From: Faecalimonas sp.
GTDB taxonomy: Bacteria > Bacillota > Clostridia > Lachnospirales > Lachnospiraceae
Assembly (NCBI GenBank): GCA_045632945.1
Contig: JAZQXU010000037.1
Coordinates: forward strand, 95,369-159,368
DNA length: 64,000 nt
Direction: 5' to 3'
The position numbers and the translations under genes were made by a program. The notes under the pieces were generated by a model, which was not told the DNA's origin, did not search any database, and saw only the letters and a list, made by a program, of their open reading frames with translations. Shown here piece after piece: positions 29,391-40,886 of the stretch. Positions within the stretch are counted from its first letter, which is position 1. The number at the start of each line of letters is the position of its first letter.

Positions 29391-31301
29391 TTATTCTTCT
29401 TCAAAATCTAATTCCGGAAGCATTTCTTTGCTACTTGCTTGTACTTTATGAAAGATTTCCATAAATTCTTTTCCTGTAATTGTTTCTTTCTCAATGAGGA
29501 AAGCAGCAATCTTATCCAAAGACTCACGGTTTTCAGACAGCAAACGCTTTGCTTCTTCATATGCAGTTTTGAGCATCTGCATCACTTCCTCATCAATCTG
29601 CGAAGCAGTTGCTTCGCCACAATTCAGAACTGCACGGCCGTCCAGATAGCGGCTTTGAACTGACTCCAGTCCCATAAGACCAAAACGCTCTGACATACCA
29701 TACTGTGTAACCATTGACCTTGCAATTTTGGTCGCACGCTCAATATCATTAGAAGCGCCTGTCGTAACTGTGTCAAACACAATCTCTTCCGCAGCACGTC
29801 CTGCAAGCAAGCCAATCAGCATAGCATCCAATTCGCTTTTTGTGTTGAGGAATTTCTCTTCTTCCGGTGTCTGCATAACATAACCCAATGCGCCCATGGT
29901 TCTCGGCACAATGGTAATCTTCTGCACCGGCTCAGCATCTTTTTGCAATGCACTAACTAACGCATGACCGACCTCATGATAAGAAACAATACGACGTTCC
30001 TCCGAATTCATGATACGGTCTTTCTTTTCTTTACCAACCAATACAGTTTCCACTGCTTCAAATAAATCTGTCTGAGACACAACTTTGCGACCATGTTTAA
30101 CTGCATTAATCGCAGCCTCATTAATCATATTGGCTAAATCAGAACCAACTGCTCCCGATGTGGCGAGTGCAATGGCTTCCAAATCCACTGTTTCATCCAT
30201 CTTAACATCTTTTGAATGAACCTTCAGTGTATCAATGCGTCCCTTCAAATCAGGTTTGTCGACAATAATACGTCGGTCAAAACGTCCCGGTCTTAAAAGT
30301 GCCGGATCAAGAACTTCCGGTCTGTTAGTTGCCGCCAATAAAAGCAAACCTTTATCAGTAGAAAAACCATCCATCTCAGAAAGAATTTGGTTTAATGTCT
30401 GCTCACGCTCATCATTGCTTCCCAGGGTATTGTCACGGCTTTTTCCAATTGCATCAATCTCATCAATAAAAATAATACACGGAGCCATAGACTGTGCCTG
30501 TTTAAACAAGTCACGAACTCTGGATGCACCTACACCAACATACATTTCTACAAATTCAGAACCGGATACAGAAAAGAAAGGCACCTTTGCTTCTCCTGCT
30601 ACAGCCTTTGCAAGCAAGGTTTTACCGGTTCCCGGAGGGCCCACAAGAAGTGCACCTTTCGGAAGCTTTGCTCCGACTTCTGTGTATTTTTTCGGATTAT
30701 GCAAAAAGTCTACTACTTCCTGCAAGGATTCCTTCGCTTCATCCTGTCCTGCCACATCTTTAAAAGTAACACCTGTCTCTTTTTCAACATACATCTTCGC
30801 ATTGCTCTTTCCAATGCCCATGATGCCGCCTCCTTTGGACAGTTTCTTCATCATGTAACTCATGAACACGAAAATCAATAAAAACGGTAGTACAACTGTT
30901 AGCATAATGTTCCAAAATACTGCCGAAGCTGTGTCCGGAATCTTGGAACCAAATTTCACCTTCGCCTCATACAGTCGCTCCGTCAATGTCTCATCCTCAA
31001 CAACTCCTGTATAATAAGTAATCTTAGTGCTTGGGAAGAAAAACTGTTCCCATTCATTCTCGCTTTCTTGTGTCTTCGGTATAATGGTTAACTTGTCACT
31101 GCCAATCTTGACTTCTTCCACCTTTCCCGCATCCACCATAGCGAGAAATTCGCTATAACTAATCTCTTTTTTCGTAGCACTGTTAGCAATGTTATACATA
31201 TTAAATATAAGATATCCCGTAATCAGTGTCACGATTAGAACAAAAATCCACCCCTTTTTATCTGTTTTCGGGTTTTTATTATTATTCTGGTTATTTTCCA
31301 T
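29391..31301 (-). CDS. ftsH: ATP-dependent zinc metalloprotease FtsH
   Basis: Two TM helices, [40 protein letters not shown]. Confidence 0.96.
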   Translation of the reverse strand: MENNQNNNKNPKTDKKGWIFVLIVTLITGYLIFNMYNIANSATKKEISYSEFLAMVDAGKVEEVKIGSDKLTIIPKTQESENEWEQFFFPSTKITYYTGVVEDETLTERLYEAKVKFGSKIPDTASAVFWNIMLTVVLPFLLIFVFMSYMMKKLSKGGGIMGIGKSNAKMYVEKETGVTFKDVAGQDEAKESLQEVVDFLHNPKKYTEVGAKLPKGALLVGPPGTGKTLLAKAVAGEAKVPFFSVSGSEFVEMYVGVGASRVRDLFKQAQSMAPCIIFIDEIDAIGKSRDNTLGSNDEREQTLNQILSEMDGFSTDKGLLLLAATNRPEVLDPALLRPGRFDRRIIVDKPDLKGRIDTLKVHSKDVKMDETVDLEAIALATSGAVGSDLANMINEAAINAVKHGRKVVSQTDLFEAVETVLVGKEKKDRIMNSEERRIVSYHEVGHALVSALQKDAEPVQKITIVPRTMGALGYVMQTPEEEKFLNTKSELDAMLIGLLAGRAAEEIVFDTVTTGASNDIERATKIARSMVTQYGMSERFGLMGLESVQSRYLDGRAVLNCGEATASQIDEEVMQMLKTAYEEAKRLLSENRESLDKIAAFLIEKETITGKEFMEIFHKVQASSKEMLPELDFEEE

Positions 31302-31487
31302 CTCTTTCCTCCTACATCAATTCTTCTATATTATAAAGATTGATTCTCCATAATTCAACTATAACATTATGAAAATATTTTAAAACTTTTCTAAATTTCC
31401 ATAGGTTAGTACTAGATAAAGTCACTTGATTTGTAGTATACTGTTTTGGTAGTTTATTATTCTACTTGAAATAAGGATGGACATACT

Positions 31488-32966
31488 ATGAAAATCGGAT
31501 TTGATAACGAAAAATATTTAAAAATGCAATCTGAACACATTCGTGAAAGAATCAATCATTTCGATAATAAGTTATACCTGGAGTTTGGCGGCAAGCTGTT
31601 TGATGATTATCATGCTTCCAGAGTGCTTCCTGGATTTGCCCCGGACAGCAAACTGAAATTATTAATGCAGTTATCTGATCAGGCAGAACTTGTTATTGTT
31701 ATCAGCGCCGGCGACATTGAAAAGAACAAAGTTCGCGGTGACTTGGGCATTACGTATGACTCTGATGTGCTGAGACTCATAGACTCCTTTGAAGAAAAAG
31801 GTTTATATGTGGGAAGCGTTGTTATTACACAATACACAGGGCAAAATAGCGCCAACCTTTTTAAAGCACGTTTAGAAAAATTAGGAATCAAAGTATATAT
31901 CCATTATTGTATAGAAGGATATCCATCAAACATTCCACTCATTGTCAGTGATGACGGATATGGAAAAAATGATTATATCGAGACCACAAGACCGCTCGTT
32001 ATTATCACTGCACCTGGACCGGGAAGTGGAAAGATGGCAACCTGTCTTTCTCAGTTATATCACGAACACAAACGCGGCATCCATGCCGGATACGCTAAAT
32101 TTGAAACGTTCCCTATTTGGAATATTCCTTTAAAACATCCCGTAAACCTGGCATACGAAGCGGCAACTGCCGACCTCAACGATGTTAACATGATTGACCC
32201 ATTCCATTTAGATGCGTATGGCGTTACAACAGTTAACTACAATCGTGATGTGGAGATTTTCCCTGTGCTCGACGCAATTTTCGAGCGTATTTACGGTGAA
32301 AATCCTTATAAATCGCCTACAGATATGGGTGTGAATATGGCGGGGAACTGCATTTGTGATGACGCGGTATGTAGAGAAGCTTCCAACCAAGAAATTATAC
32401 GCAGATATTATTCTGCACTAAAAAGATTGGCAAAAGGCACCGCCGAAGAAGATGAAGCATTTAAAATAGAACTTCTAATGAAACAGGCACACATCAGTTT
32501 AGAAGACAGAAAGGTTGTTTCTGCTGCTCTGCAAAAGGCTAAGATGACAAAATCTCCAGCTACAGCATTAGAACTTCCGGACGGCACAATTGTAACCGGA
32601 AAAACCACATCGCTTCTCGGAGCTTCTTCTGCAATGCTTTTAAATGCCCTGAAGGTATTGGCTGGATTAGATGACGAACTTCACCTCATTTCACCAAGTG
32701 TTATCGAACCAATCCAGAAATTAAAAACTGAATGCCTCGGCAGCAAGAATCCAAGATTGCATACAGATGAAGTATTAATTGCGCTTTCTATCTGCGCAGC
32801 TACGGATAAGAATGCACAACTTGCATTAGAACAGATTCCAAAATTACGCGGCTGTCAGGCTCACTCATCGGTTATGCTTTCCTCAGTTGATATCAAACAA
32901 TTCCAACGTTTGAATATCCAATTGACATCGGAAGCAAAATCTGAAACAAAAAAATTGTATCAATAA
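31488..32966 (+). CDS. DUF1846 family protein
   Basis: KLYLEFGGKLFDDYHASRVLPGF, APGPGSGK, YKSPTDMGVN. Confidence 0.9.
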   Translation: MKIGFDNEKYLKMQSEHIRERINHFDNKLYLEFGGKLFDDYHASRVLPGFAPDSKLKLLMQLSDQAELVIVISAGDIEKNKVRGDLGITYDSDVLRLIDSFEEKGLYVGSVVITQYTGQNSANLFKARLEKLGIKVYIHYCIEGYPSNIPLIVSDDGYGKNDYIETTRPLVIITAPGPGSGKMATCLSQLYHEHKRGIHAGYAKFETFPIWNIPLKHPVNLAYEAATADLNDVNMIDPFHLDAYGVTTVNYNRDVEIFPVLDAIFERIYGENPYKSPTDMGVNMAGNCICDDAVCREASNQEIIRRYYSALKRLAKGTAEEDEAFKIELLMKQAHISLEDRKVVSAALQKAKMTKSPATALELPDGTIVTGKTTSLLGASSAMLLNALKVLAGLDDELHLISPSVIEPIQKLKTECLGSKNPRLHTDEVLIALSICAATDKNAQLALEQIPKLRGCQAHSSVMLSSVDIKQFQRLNIQLTSEAKSETKKLYQ

Positions 32967-32970
32967 AAAC

Positions 32971-33000
32971 AAAGGGAACATCATTATGATGCTCCCTTTC
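32971..33000. terminator. Bidirectional terminator
   Basis: AAAGGGAACATCA-TTA-TGATGCTCCCTTT. Confidence 0.7.
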
Positions 33001-33015
33001 TTGCATTATATATTA

Positions 33016-33636
33016 CTATTTTTCTATCACTGCCTCTGCGAAGCACACCGGCAAATGGAAATTCGGTGTCTCACTATTGATTGGAGAATAACTACCAAAA
33101 TGCACAATCTCCTCTGATTCTGCAATCTTATAGAAATTACAATAGAATGTCTGTCCTTCTTTGACCTTGTCAAAATCACAAATTTGTTTCAGATATGCTT
33201 CCGGAAATAGCACTTCCAAATACCACTTATCCTCTTCTATTGTTGATTGCACACCGGTCATAACAAACTGCTCATCTGTAATGGATTGTCTTCCCTTGCG
33301 ACCTTTTCCGTAATTTGCAAGCATGGCGCCATTAGAATTAATCTCAAAATTCGTATACATAACATCATTTGTTAATGTTTCCCCTGCTTCCGGAAATGCC
33401 AAAAATACTTCCATGGTGCTATCCTTATAAACCGGGTCTCTGTGATTCGTATAAACTCTTTTCGGATTGCTCTCCTCGCATACCATTTTCACAGCCAAGC
33501 CTTCGCCTTCGATATATCCCATCCAGCCATATGCTTTTGGCTCTATCTTGCTGTTCCACATATATTGATTAATCGCAAATAGTTCGCACTGCTCAATTTC
33601 TGATTTGTTTTTGATTCTTTTTACATGATATAACAT
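33016..33636 (-). CDS. Carbohydrate-binding family 9-like protein
   Basis: PVYKDSTMEVF, NFEINSNG, CNFYK, PNFHLP. Confidence 0.8.
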   Translation of the reverse strand: MLYHVKRIKNKSEIEQCELFAINQYMWNSKIEPKAYGWMGYIEGEGLAVKMVCEESNPKRVYTNHRDPVYKDSTMEVFLAFPEAGETLTNDVMYTNFEINSNGAMLANYGKGRKGRQSITDEQFVMTGVQSTIEEDKWYLEVLFPEAYLKQICDFDKVKEGQTFYCNFYKIAESEEIVHFGSYSPINSETPNFHLPVCFAEAVIEK

Positions 33637-33709
33637 AGTTTTGTCATCCTTTCTGTAATTCGCGTCTTGTTACATTGTAAACCGAAACATCTCCAAACGC
33701 AACACAAAC

Positions 33710-36304
33710 CTAAAACAGTTCTTCTTTGATTTTGGCTGTCAGCTTCCCATCTGCTACATCAATCACAATGATGCAGCCTCGACCAACATTTCCTTCTAAG
33801 ATAAGTTTTGCAGCCAAGGTCTCGATGTGTTTCTGCATATATCGTTTCAAAGGTCTCGCTCCATACATCGGCTCATAACCGCCCTCTACAACATATTCCT
33901 TGGCAGCGTCTGTAAGTTCAATAGAAACCTCTCGCTCTATAAGACGCTTGTTCACATCTTTGATAAGCAAATCAATAATCTGGCCAACATCCTTCTTAGT
34001 AAGTGGCTTGAACATAATTGTTTCATCCAATCGATTCAAAAACTCTGGTCTGAAATGTGCTCGTAATTCATTTAAAACCATGTTCTCACTTTCCAGTTGA
34101 ATGTCCCCATTTTCATCGATACCCTCTAAAAGATAAGATGAGCCAATATTAGATGTCATAATAAGGATCGTGTTTTTAAAATCAACTGTGCGTCCTTGAG
34201 AATCAGTAATACGACCGTCATCTAAAACTTGCAAAAGTACGTTAAATACATCCGGATGCGCTTTTTCTACTTCATCAAAAAGAACAACGGAATACGGTTT
34301 CCTTCTGACTGCTTCTGTGAGCTGCCCTCCTTCGTCATAACCCACATATCCCGGAGGTGCTCCGATAAGTCGCGACACTGAATATTTCTCCATGTACTCA
34401 CTCATGTCAATGCGCACCATATTGCTTTCGTCATCAAAGAGTCTCTCTGCCAACGCTTTTGCAAGCTCTGTTTTACCGACACCTGTTGGTCCCAAAAATA
34501 AGAATGAGCCAATCGGTTTGCTTGGATCTTTGATGCCGGCTTTGGAACGAATAATCGCCTCAGTCACTTTCGTAACCCCTTCATCCTGTCCAATGACACG
34601 TTTGTGCAACTCCTCGTCCAAATGCAATGTCTTATTTCTTTCACTTTCATTCAGTTTAGAAACAGGAATACCTGTCCATCGTGAGACAATCCTTGCAATT
34701 TCTTCATCCGTCACACTCTCATGAACTAATGATAGTTCACGCTCTTTGACTTTTTGTTCTTCCTCATTTAATTGCTTTGTTAACTGTGGCAGTTGACCGT
34801 ATTGGAGTTCTGCTGCGCGTTCCAAATTATATTCGCGTTTTGCTTTCTGTATCTCCTGGTTGACCTGTTCAATCTCTTCTCGGATTTTCTGCAGGCGTTC
34901 TATCGAAGTTTTTTCATTATCCCACTGTGCTTTCTGGCCCTTGAAGTTCTCGCGAAGTTCTGCCAGTTCCTGTTGCAGATTCTCCAAACGTTCTTTACTA
35001 AGTCGGTCTTCTTCCTTTTTCAGCGCCGCTTCTTCTATCTCCAATTGCATAATTCGCCTTTGAAGTTCATCTAATTCTGTCGGCATGGAATCAAGCTCTG
35101 TCTTGATGAGTGCACACGCTTCATCCACAAGGTCTATTGCCTTATCCGGGAGAAAACGGTCGGAAATATAACGGTTAGACAAGGTGGCCGCCGCAACTAA
35201 CGCACTGTCAGTAATCTTAACACCATGGAACACTTCATATCGCTCTTTCAATCCACGAAGAATCGAGATTGCATCTTCCACAGATGGTTCGTCTACCATA
35301 ACCGGTTGGAAACGTCTTTCAAGGGCAGCATCTTTTTCAATATACTGACGATATTCATCTAACGTCGTCGCACCAATGCAGTGCAACTCGCCTCGAGCAA
35401 GCATCGGTTTTAACATATTACCCGCATCCATGGCACCGTCTGTCTTTCCTGCACCAACTATGGTATGAAGTTCGTCAATAAACAGAATGATCTTGCCATC
35501 ACTGTTTTTCACTTCTTCCAAGACTGCTTTTAAGCGTTCCTCAAATTCGCCGCGATATTTTGCACCTGCTACCAGCGCACCCATATCCAGTGCAAATATA
35601 GTCTTATCTTTCAGTGCCTCCGGCACATCACCACGTACAATACGTTGGGCCAATCCTTCTACCGCTGCCGTCTTTCCGACACCCGGCTCACCAATAAGAA
35701 CCGGATTATTCTTCGTCTTTCTTGATAAAATGCGAATCACATTTCGAATTTCTGCATCACGACCGATTACCGGATCCATTTTCTGCTCTCTGGCACGTTC
35801 CACAAGATCCTGCCCGTATTTATTCAAAGTATCATAGGTGGCCTCCGGATTATCACTGGTCACTCTTTGATTTCCTCGAACTGTTGCTAACACTTTTAAG
35901 AATGCATCACGTGTAATTGACATTTCTTTAAACAGTGCTTTTATTTCCTTGTTGGCATAACGAATGAGTGCAAGAAATAAATGCTCTACAGACACATATT
36001 CGTCTCCCATTTGTTTTGCTTCGTCTTCTGCATGAATAAGCGCTTTGTTAAGGTCTTGACCGATAAAAACCTGACCACCTTGCACTTTGGTTCTCTTACG
36101 AAGTGCTTCTTCGGCGCGGCCCAAAAAGCTTTCTTTGCTAATATTCATTTTTTCCAGTAACTTTAATATTAGGCTGTCCTCCTGCGTTACCAGAGCATAT
36201 AGTAAATGTTCTTGTTCAATTTCTTGATTGCCATATTCATAAGCAATTTTCTCGCAGTTTTGAACTGCCTGTAATGAGTTCTGTGTAAACTTGTTAATGT
36301 TCAT
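33710..36304 (-). CDS. clpB: ATP-dependent chaperone ClpB
   Basis: Two AAA+ modules ([16 protein letters not shown]) and a long coiled-coil middle domain. Confidence 0.97.
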   Translation of the reverse strand: MNINKFTQNSLQAVQNCEKIAYEYGNQEIEQEHLLYALVTQEDSLILKLLEKMNISKESFLGRAEEALRKRTKVQGGQVFIGQDLNKALIHAEDEAKQMGDEYVSVEHLFLALIRYANKEIKALFKEMSITRDAFLKVLATVRGNQRVTSDNPEATYDTLNKYGQDLVERAREQKMDPVIGRDAEIRNVIRILSRKTKNNPVLIGEPGVGKTAAVEGLAQRIVRGDVPEALKDKTIFALDMGALVAGAKYRGEFEERLKAVLEEVKNSDGKIILFIDELHTIVGAGKTDGAMDAGNMLKPMLARGELHCIGATTLDEYRQYIEKDAALERRFQPVMVDEPSVEDAISILRGLKERYEVFHGVKITDSALVAAATLSNRYISDRFLPDKAIDLVDEACALIKTELDSMPTELDELQRRIMQLEIEEAALKKEEDRLSKERLENLQQELAELRENFKGQKAQWDNEKTSIERLQKIREEIEQVNQEIQKAKREYNLERAAELQYGQLPQLTKQLNEEEQKVKERELSLVHESVTDEEIARIVSRWTGIPVSKLNESERNKTLHLDEELHKRVIGQDEGVTKVTEAIIRSKAGIKDPSKPIGSFLFLGPTGVGKTELAKALAERLFDDESNMVRIDMSEYMEKYSVSRLIGAPPGYVGYDEGGQLTEAVRRKPYSVVLFDEVEKAHPDVFNVLLQVLDDGRITDSQGRTVDFKNTILIMTSNIGSSYLLEGIDENGDIQLESENMVLNELRAHFRPEFLNRLDETIMFKPLTKKDVGQIIDLLIKDVNKRLIEREVSIELTDAAKEYVVEGGYEPMYGARPLKRYMQKHIETLAAKLILEGNVGRGCIIVIDVADGKLTAKIKEELF

Positions 36305-36348
36305 ATCATTACCTCCCTACATGTTCTACCATCGGTATAACACACAAA

Positions 36349-36375
36349 TTAGCACTCGTCAAGGTAGAGTGCTAA
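36349..36375. promoter_or_regulatory. CIRCE element (HrcA operator) overlapping the clpB promoter
   Basis: Perfect TTAGCACTC-N9-GAGTGCTAA; overlaps minus-strand TTGACG-17-TATACC. Confidence 0.95.
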
Positions 36376-36467
36376 TAATTTTCTAAAATTTTTATAAACC
36401 ATGCTTTCAATGTTGGTTGATTTGACACTCCATGAATGTTATGATAATGACAGAAAGAAGTGATTTA

Positions 36468-37418
36468 ATGAAAAACTGGGACGACAAACGTTACTATTCC
36501 CTTGACTATTATATTAAAAAAACATTCGGCGAAAAATTATATAAGATTGCATTGGATGGCGGAATGACCTGCCCAAACCGTGACGGCACCCTCGATAACA
36601 GAGGTTGCATATTTTGTAGCGCTGGGGGTTCTGGGGATTTCGCCGGAAATCGTTTGCAATCTGTGACAGAACAATTAGATTGTGGCCGAAAGCTTGTCGA
36701 AAAAAAACATACCGGTTCCTCTTATATTGCCTATTTTCAGGCATATACAAATACCTATGCTCCTATTTCATATTTGGAGAAACTCTTTTTTGAAGCAATT
36801 AACACGCCGGATGTAAAGGTTTTATCAATCGCGACAAGACCGGATTGTCTTTCACCGGGAATTTTAGATCTACTGGCACGTCTCAATGACATAAAGCCTG
36901 TTTGGGTAGAGCTAGGGCTCCAGACAATACACGAAGAAAGCGCTTGCTTTATTCGCCGCGGTTACACTCTTGACGTTTTTGAAAAAGCAGTTTATGATTT
37001 GAATAATATTGGAATCCATGTAGTTGTTCATACCATATTGTATCTTCCGGGTGAAACTCCGGAAATGATGTGTGAGACGATAGACTATCTCAATCAAATG
37101 CCGATTCATGGGATTAAGTTGCAGCTGTTGCATGTATTAAAAGGCACAGATTTAGCGTCCGTTTATGAAAAATCGCCTTTTCACCTTCCGACCTTAGAAG
37201 AATATGCGGATTTACTTGGCAAACTTCTCTCTCGTCTTCGACCGGACATTGTTGTTCACAGGTTGACAGGCGATGGGCCAAAAGCGCTTCTCATTGCACC
37301 GCTTTGGACCGGTAACAAGCGCATGGTTCTTAATCGTATACAAAAATATTTGAAAGATGCTGATATATGGCAAGGAAAGGAGCTTTCATGTCAGAGTCAT
37401 TTACACTCTATAAATTAA
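36468..37418 (+). CDS. TIGR01212 family radical SAM protein (YhcC/YtqA-like)
   Basis: TCPNRDG...GCIFC, YFQAYTNTY, TRPDC, HRLTGD. Confidence 0.9.
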   Translation: MKNWDDKRYYSLDYYIKKTFGEKLYKIALDGGMTCPNRDGTLDNRGCIFCSAGGSGDFAGNRLQSVTEQLDCGRKLVEKKHTGSSYIAYFQAYTNTYAPISYLEKLFFEAINTPDVKVLSIATRPDCLSPGILDLLARLNDIKPVWVELGLQTIHEESACFIRRGYTLDVFEKAVYDLNNIGIHVVVHTILYLPGETPEMMCETIDYLNQMPIHGIKLQLLHVLKGTDLASVYEKSPFHLPTLEEYADLLGKLLSRLRPDIVVHRLTGDGPKALLIAPLWTGNKRMVLNRIQKYLKDADIWQGKELSCQSHLHSIN

Positions 37419-37900
37419 TCGTACTATATATGTTAAACAAAGTAGATTTTCCGCTAACCAACGGACAAATCTCTGAATTTATCCTGGATAAAGGATATAC
37501 AAACTATTTCACATTACAGCAAGCAATCTCAGAAATGGTTGAAGCAGGATTCATTCATGAGGAAACAACGCATAACAGAACCCTCTATCATTTAACCGAA
37601 GAGGGTCTGGACACTATCCGTTACTTCAAGAAAAACATTTCACCTGCTATTCAAGATGATATCAACACGTTTTTGACTGAGAAAAGCTACGATTTAAAAA
37701 ACGAAGTGTCCATTAGAGCTGATTACTATCAAAATAAGAAATCCGATTATTCTGTACGATGCCAGATACTGGAGAATAAAACTCCACTGATTGATTTGAC
37801 TTTGACAGTACCGTCGATTGAAGAAGCAACGACAATCGCAAATAAATGGAACACCAAAAACCAAGAAATATATGCTCTGATTATGGCAAACTTGCTTTAA
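37388..37900 (+). CDS. DUF4364 family protein (winged-helix-like)
   Basis: LYKLIVLYML..VDFPLTN.QIS.FIL...YTNYF.LQQ. Confidence 0.85.
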   Translation: MSESFTLYKLIVLYMLNKVDFPLTNGQISEFILDKGYTNYFTLQQAISEMVEAGFIHEETTHNRTLYHLTEEGLDTIRYFKKNISPAIQDDINTFLTEKSYDLKNEVSIRADYYQNKKSDYSVRCQILENKTPLIDLTLTVPSIEEATTIANKWNTKNQEIYALIMANLL

Positions 37901-37906
37901 TAGAAA

Positions 37907-37964
37907 AAAGAGGCTCTGCAACAAATGTTGGGCTGTGCGCACAAGCGGACATTTGTTGCAGAGC
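37907..37964. repeat. Palindromic extragenic element, copy 1
   Basis: 16-bp perfect inverted repeat GCTCTGCAACAAATGT / ACATTTGTTGCAGAGC; left arm recurs at 43111. Confidence 0.6.
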
Positions 37965-38003
37965 AAAAAAAGAGAACACAACCAAAATTGTGTTCTCTTT
38001 CAG

Positions 38004-39332
38004 TTATTCTTCTTCAATATGTTCAGTTGGTTGCAAATGTATAACTGCGGTTTCAACCTGATGGTCAACAATCTCTGTTACTTTCACTTGCAATCCCGCA
38101 ACCTCAAGTTCTATGTCTGCTCCGTCTTCCGGAATACTTCCAAGCGCATTAAAAATCAAGCCATTAAATGTATCATATTCTTCGGTAGATAACGAAATAT
38201 TTAACTCCTCTTCCAAGTCTTCCAAAAGAGTACTTCCGTGAACCTTCCATGTGCATTCATCAAGTTTCTCTATCTGCAACACATCTTCTTCCTCATCATC
38301 GCCACCCAAATCTCCGACTAACTGTTCTACTAAATCGTTGAGTGTAATGATTCCGGTCATTCCGCCATACTCATCCAATACAACGGCAAGCGCATGCCTA
38401 TCTTTTTTCATATTACGGAATAAAATATCTGCTTTCACAGTATCAGGTACAAAGTATGCTGCACTCACTGCATATTCCATCACAGATTCCCGGCTTTGAT
38501 CTTCTAAGCGGAAATAATCTTTTGCATTTAATATTCCCACAATTTTATCAACTGAGCCATTGCATATCGGATATAAAGTGTGTCTTGTGCTGTAGATAGT
38601 CTCTTTCCACACTTCCATAGAATCTTCAAGGTCAAGCATTGTAACGTCTGTTCTATGAGTTACGAGTTCTTCTGCTGCAAGGTCGTCGAATTCAAAAACA
38701 TTTTGAATAAATTCTCTTTCATCATGGTCGATAGTTCCTTTTTCGCTTCCCACATCAACCAACATTCGAATCTCTTCTTCGCTTACCTCTTCATCTTCTG
38801 CATTTGGATCAATTCCCATTAAGTGTAAAATACCATTTGTGGAAACAGTTAAAAAACTAACAACCGGTGCAAAAAGCGTAGCGATTGCACTAATCAGGCC
38901 AGACATGCCAAGTGCCAACGACTCTGCTTTTCTCATGGCAACTTGCTTCGGAACCAGTTCGCCGAATACAAGTGTAAAATAAGACAATACAACGGTAATG
39001 AAAACAACGGAAATTGAATCAAGAATCTCCGCCGAAATCGGCACTCCGAGGCCAATGAGCCAGTCTACTATTACGCCCGAAAAATTTTCTGCTGCAAACG
39101 CACTGCCCAAAAAACCGGATAAAGTAATTGCCACCTGTATTGTGGCTAAAAATCTTGCAGGTTGGTTGGTCAATTTCGCCAAGCGCAGTGCACGCTTATC
39201 ACCATCTGCCACCATCTTTGCAAGCTTTGTATCTTTCATTGAAATGACTGCAATCTCTGCACAAGCGAAAACAGCATTCAATGCAATTAATAAAATTTGT
39301 AACAAAATCATCAAAAATATCGAACTTTCCAT
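38004..39332 (-). CDS. HlyC/CorC family (CNNM-CBS-CorC) Mg2+ efflux protein
   Basis: NAVFACAEIA, LVFGELVPK, CBS pair, LDEYGG, CorC tail; start MESS at 39332 after GGAGG. Confidence 0.9.
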   Translation of the reverse strand: MESSIFLMILLQILLIALNAVFACAEIAVISMKDTKLAKMVADGDKRALRLAKLTNQPARFLATIQVAITLSGFLGSAFAAENFSGVIVDWLIGLGVPISAEILDSISVVFITVVLSYFTLVFGELVPKQVAMRKAESLALGMSGLISAIATLFAPVVSFLTVSTNGILHLMGIDPNAEDEEVSEEEIRMLVDVGSEKGTIDHDEREFIQNVFEFDDLAAEELVTHRTDVTMLDLEDSMEVWKETIYSTRHTLYPICNGSVDKIVGILNAKDYFRLEDQSRESVMEYAVSAAYFVPDTVKADILFRNMKKDRHALAVVLDEYGGMTGIITLNDLVEQLVGDLGGDDEEEDVLQIEKLDECTWKVHGSTLLEDLEEELNISLSTEEYDTFNGLIFNALGSIPEDGADIELEVAGLQVKVTEIVDHQVETAVIHLQPTEHIEEE

Positions 39333-39379
39333 AATTCCTCCTAAAATATCATGTGTATCAAACTTCCCTAAAAAAACGC

Positions 39380-39420
39380 AAAAAAACAAAGCCTATTTTC
39401 TTACTCTCGCAAGCATAGAC
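39380..39420 (-). terminator. Attenuator-like terminator in the CorC gene leader
   Basis: GTCTAT-G-CTTGC-GAGA-GTAAG-AAA-ATAGGC followed by TTTGTTTTTTT. Confidence 0.6.
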
Positions 39421-39490
39421 CATGCCTAGGCAAATTCAACATATGATATAGCGGACACGTATTTCCGTTCGCACTGTCACCATCGTCCAT
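39401..39490 (-). CDS. Putative 29-aa leader peptide MDDGDSANGNTCPLYHMLNLPRHGLCLRE
   Basis: Promoter TAGACA-17-TATAAT (39557-39529); SD AAAGGAG with a long 14-nt spacer; stop codon inside the terminator stem. Confidence 0.55.
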   Translation of the reverse strand: MDDGDSANGNTCPLYHMLNLPRHGLCLRE

Positions 39491-39558
39491 TGTTATGTTC
39501 TTAACTCCTTTCCCTATCAATTAGTGCCATTATAACAGACATGTTAGTTTTTGTCTAC

Positions 39559-40875
39559 TCATGAATTTCTTAACCTTTGTAGTCTCTCTTTAATCTGTTT
39601 TTCATATCCTATCTCTGTCGGTTCATAAAATTTTGCATCCTTAATTTCATCCGGAAGGTACTGTTGGTCTACAAAATGTTCCGGGTAATCATGGGCATAC
39701 TTATAGCCTATTCCATGCCCCAAATTAGCTGAACCTTTATAATGCGCATCCTGTAAATGCACCGGAACCGTCGTCTTTTGTGACTTCACACTTGCCATAG
39801 CTGCATCAATCGCCATATAAGATGCGTTACTCTTAGGCGCGCATGCAATGTAAGTCGCTGCTTGTGCTAAAATAATCTGCGCCTCCGGCATACCAATTCT
39901 TTCAATCGCCTGACTTGCTGACACGGCAACTGTCAGCGCATTTGGATCGGCATTTCCTACATCTTCCGAAGCACATATCATCATTCTACGAGCAATAAAT
40001 TTAATATCTTCTCCTGCATAGAGCATTTTTGCCAAATAATAAACCGCTGCATCCGGGTCAGAACCGCGCATACTTTTAATAAAAGCTGATATTGTATCGT
40101 AATGATTATCCCCTGTCTTATCATAACGAACCACTCGTTTTTGAATGCACTCTTGCGCTACATCCAATGTGATATGTATTTTCCCGTCTTCGCTACGCTC
40201 CGTGGTAAGAATGCCCAGTTCAATAGCATTAAGCGCATTTCTGGCATCTCCACCGGAAACATCCGCAAGAAACTCCAGCGCATCTTCCGTAATCTCTGCG
40301 CGATAACTTCCCATTCCTTTTTCATTATCATACACAGCACGTTGCAATAAGGTCTTAATATCTGCTTTATCTAATGATTTAAGTTCAAATATACTTGAAC
40401 GCGAAATAAGAGCGCCATTCACCTCAAAATATGGATTCTCTGTTGTGGCGCCAATTAAAATCAAAGTTCCATCTTCTACAAACGGTAACAAATAGTCCTG
40501 TTGTCCTTTATTAAAACGATGAATCTCGTCCACAAAAAGGATTGTCTTTTTTCCATACATACCCATGTTGTTTTTCGCTTGGGCAACTACTTCTTCCATA
40601 TCCTTTTTCCCGGCAATCGTCGCATTAATCTGCTTGAAATCCGCACTCGTAGTATGTGCAATCACCTTCGCCAATGTCGTTTTCCCTGTTCCCGGAGGAC
40701 CGTAAAAAATCAGAGAGCCCAGTTTGTCTGCTTTGATTGCCCGATAAAGCAATTTGTCTTTTCCAATGATATGCTGTTGTCCTACAACCTCTTCAATAGT
40801 GGTCGGACGTAGTCTAGATGCCAACGGCGATTCTTTATCACTTTTCTGTTCTCTCATGTAATCAAACAAATCCAT
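39559..40875 (-). CDS. rarA: Replication-associated recombination protein A (MgsA)
   Basis: [38 protein letters not shown]. Confidence 0.95.
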   Translation of the reverse strand: MDLFDYMREQKSDKESPLASRLRPTTIEEVVGQQHIIGKDKLLYRAIKADKLGSLIFYGPPGTGKTTLAKVIAHTTSADFKQINATIAGKKDMEEVVAQAKNNMGMYGKKTILFVDEIHRFNKGQQDYLLPFVEDGTLILIGATTENPYFEVNGALISRSSIFELKSLDKADIKTLLQRAVYDNEKGMGSYRAEITEDALEFLADVSGGDARNALNAIELGILTTERSEDGKIHITLDVAQECIQKRVVRYDKTGDNHYDTISAFIKSMRGSDPDAAVYYLAKMLYAGEDIKFIARRMMICASEDVGNADPNALTVAVSASQAIERIGMPEAQIILAQAATYIACAPKSNASYMAIDAAMASVKSQKTTVPVHLQDAHYKGSANLGHGIGYKYAHDYPEHFVDQQYLPDEIKDAKFYEPTEIGYEKQIKERLQRLRNS

Positions 40876-40886
40876 AATGTATACTC

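Noticed and set aside
30235-30858. 207-aa antisense ORF over ftsH, and similar ORFs over clpB, secA and lysC
   Set aside because: Typical antisense open frames caused by codon bias in conserved genes
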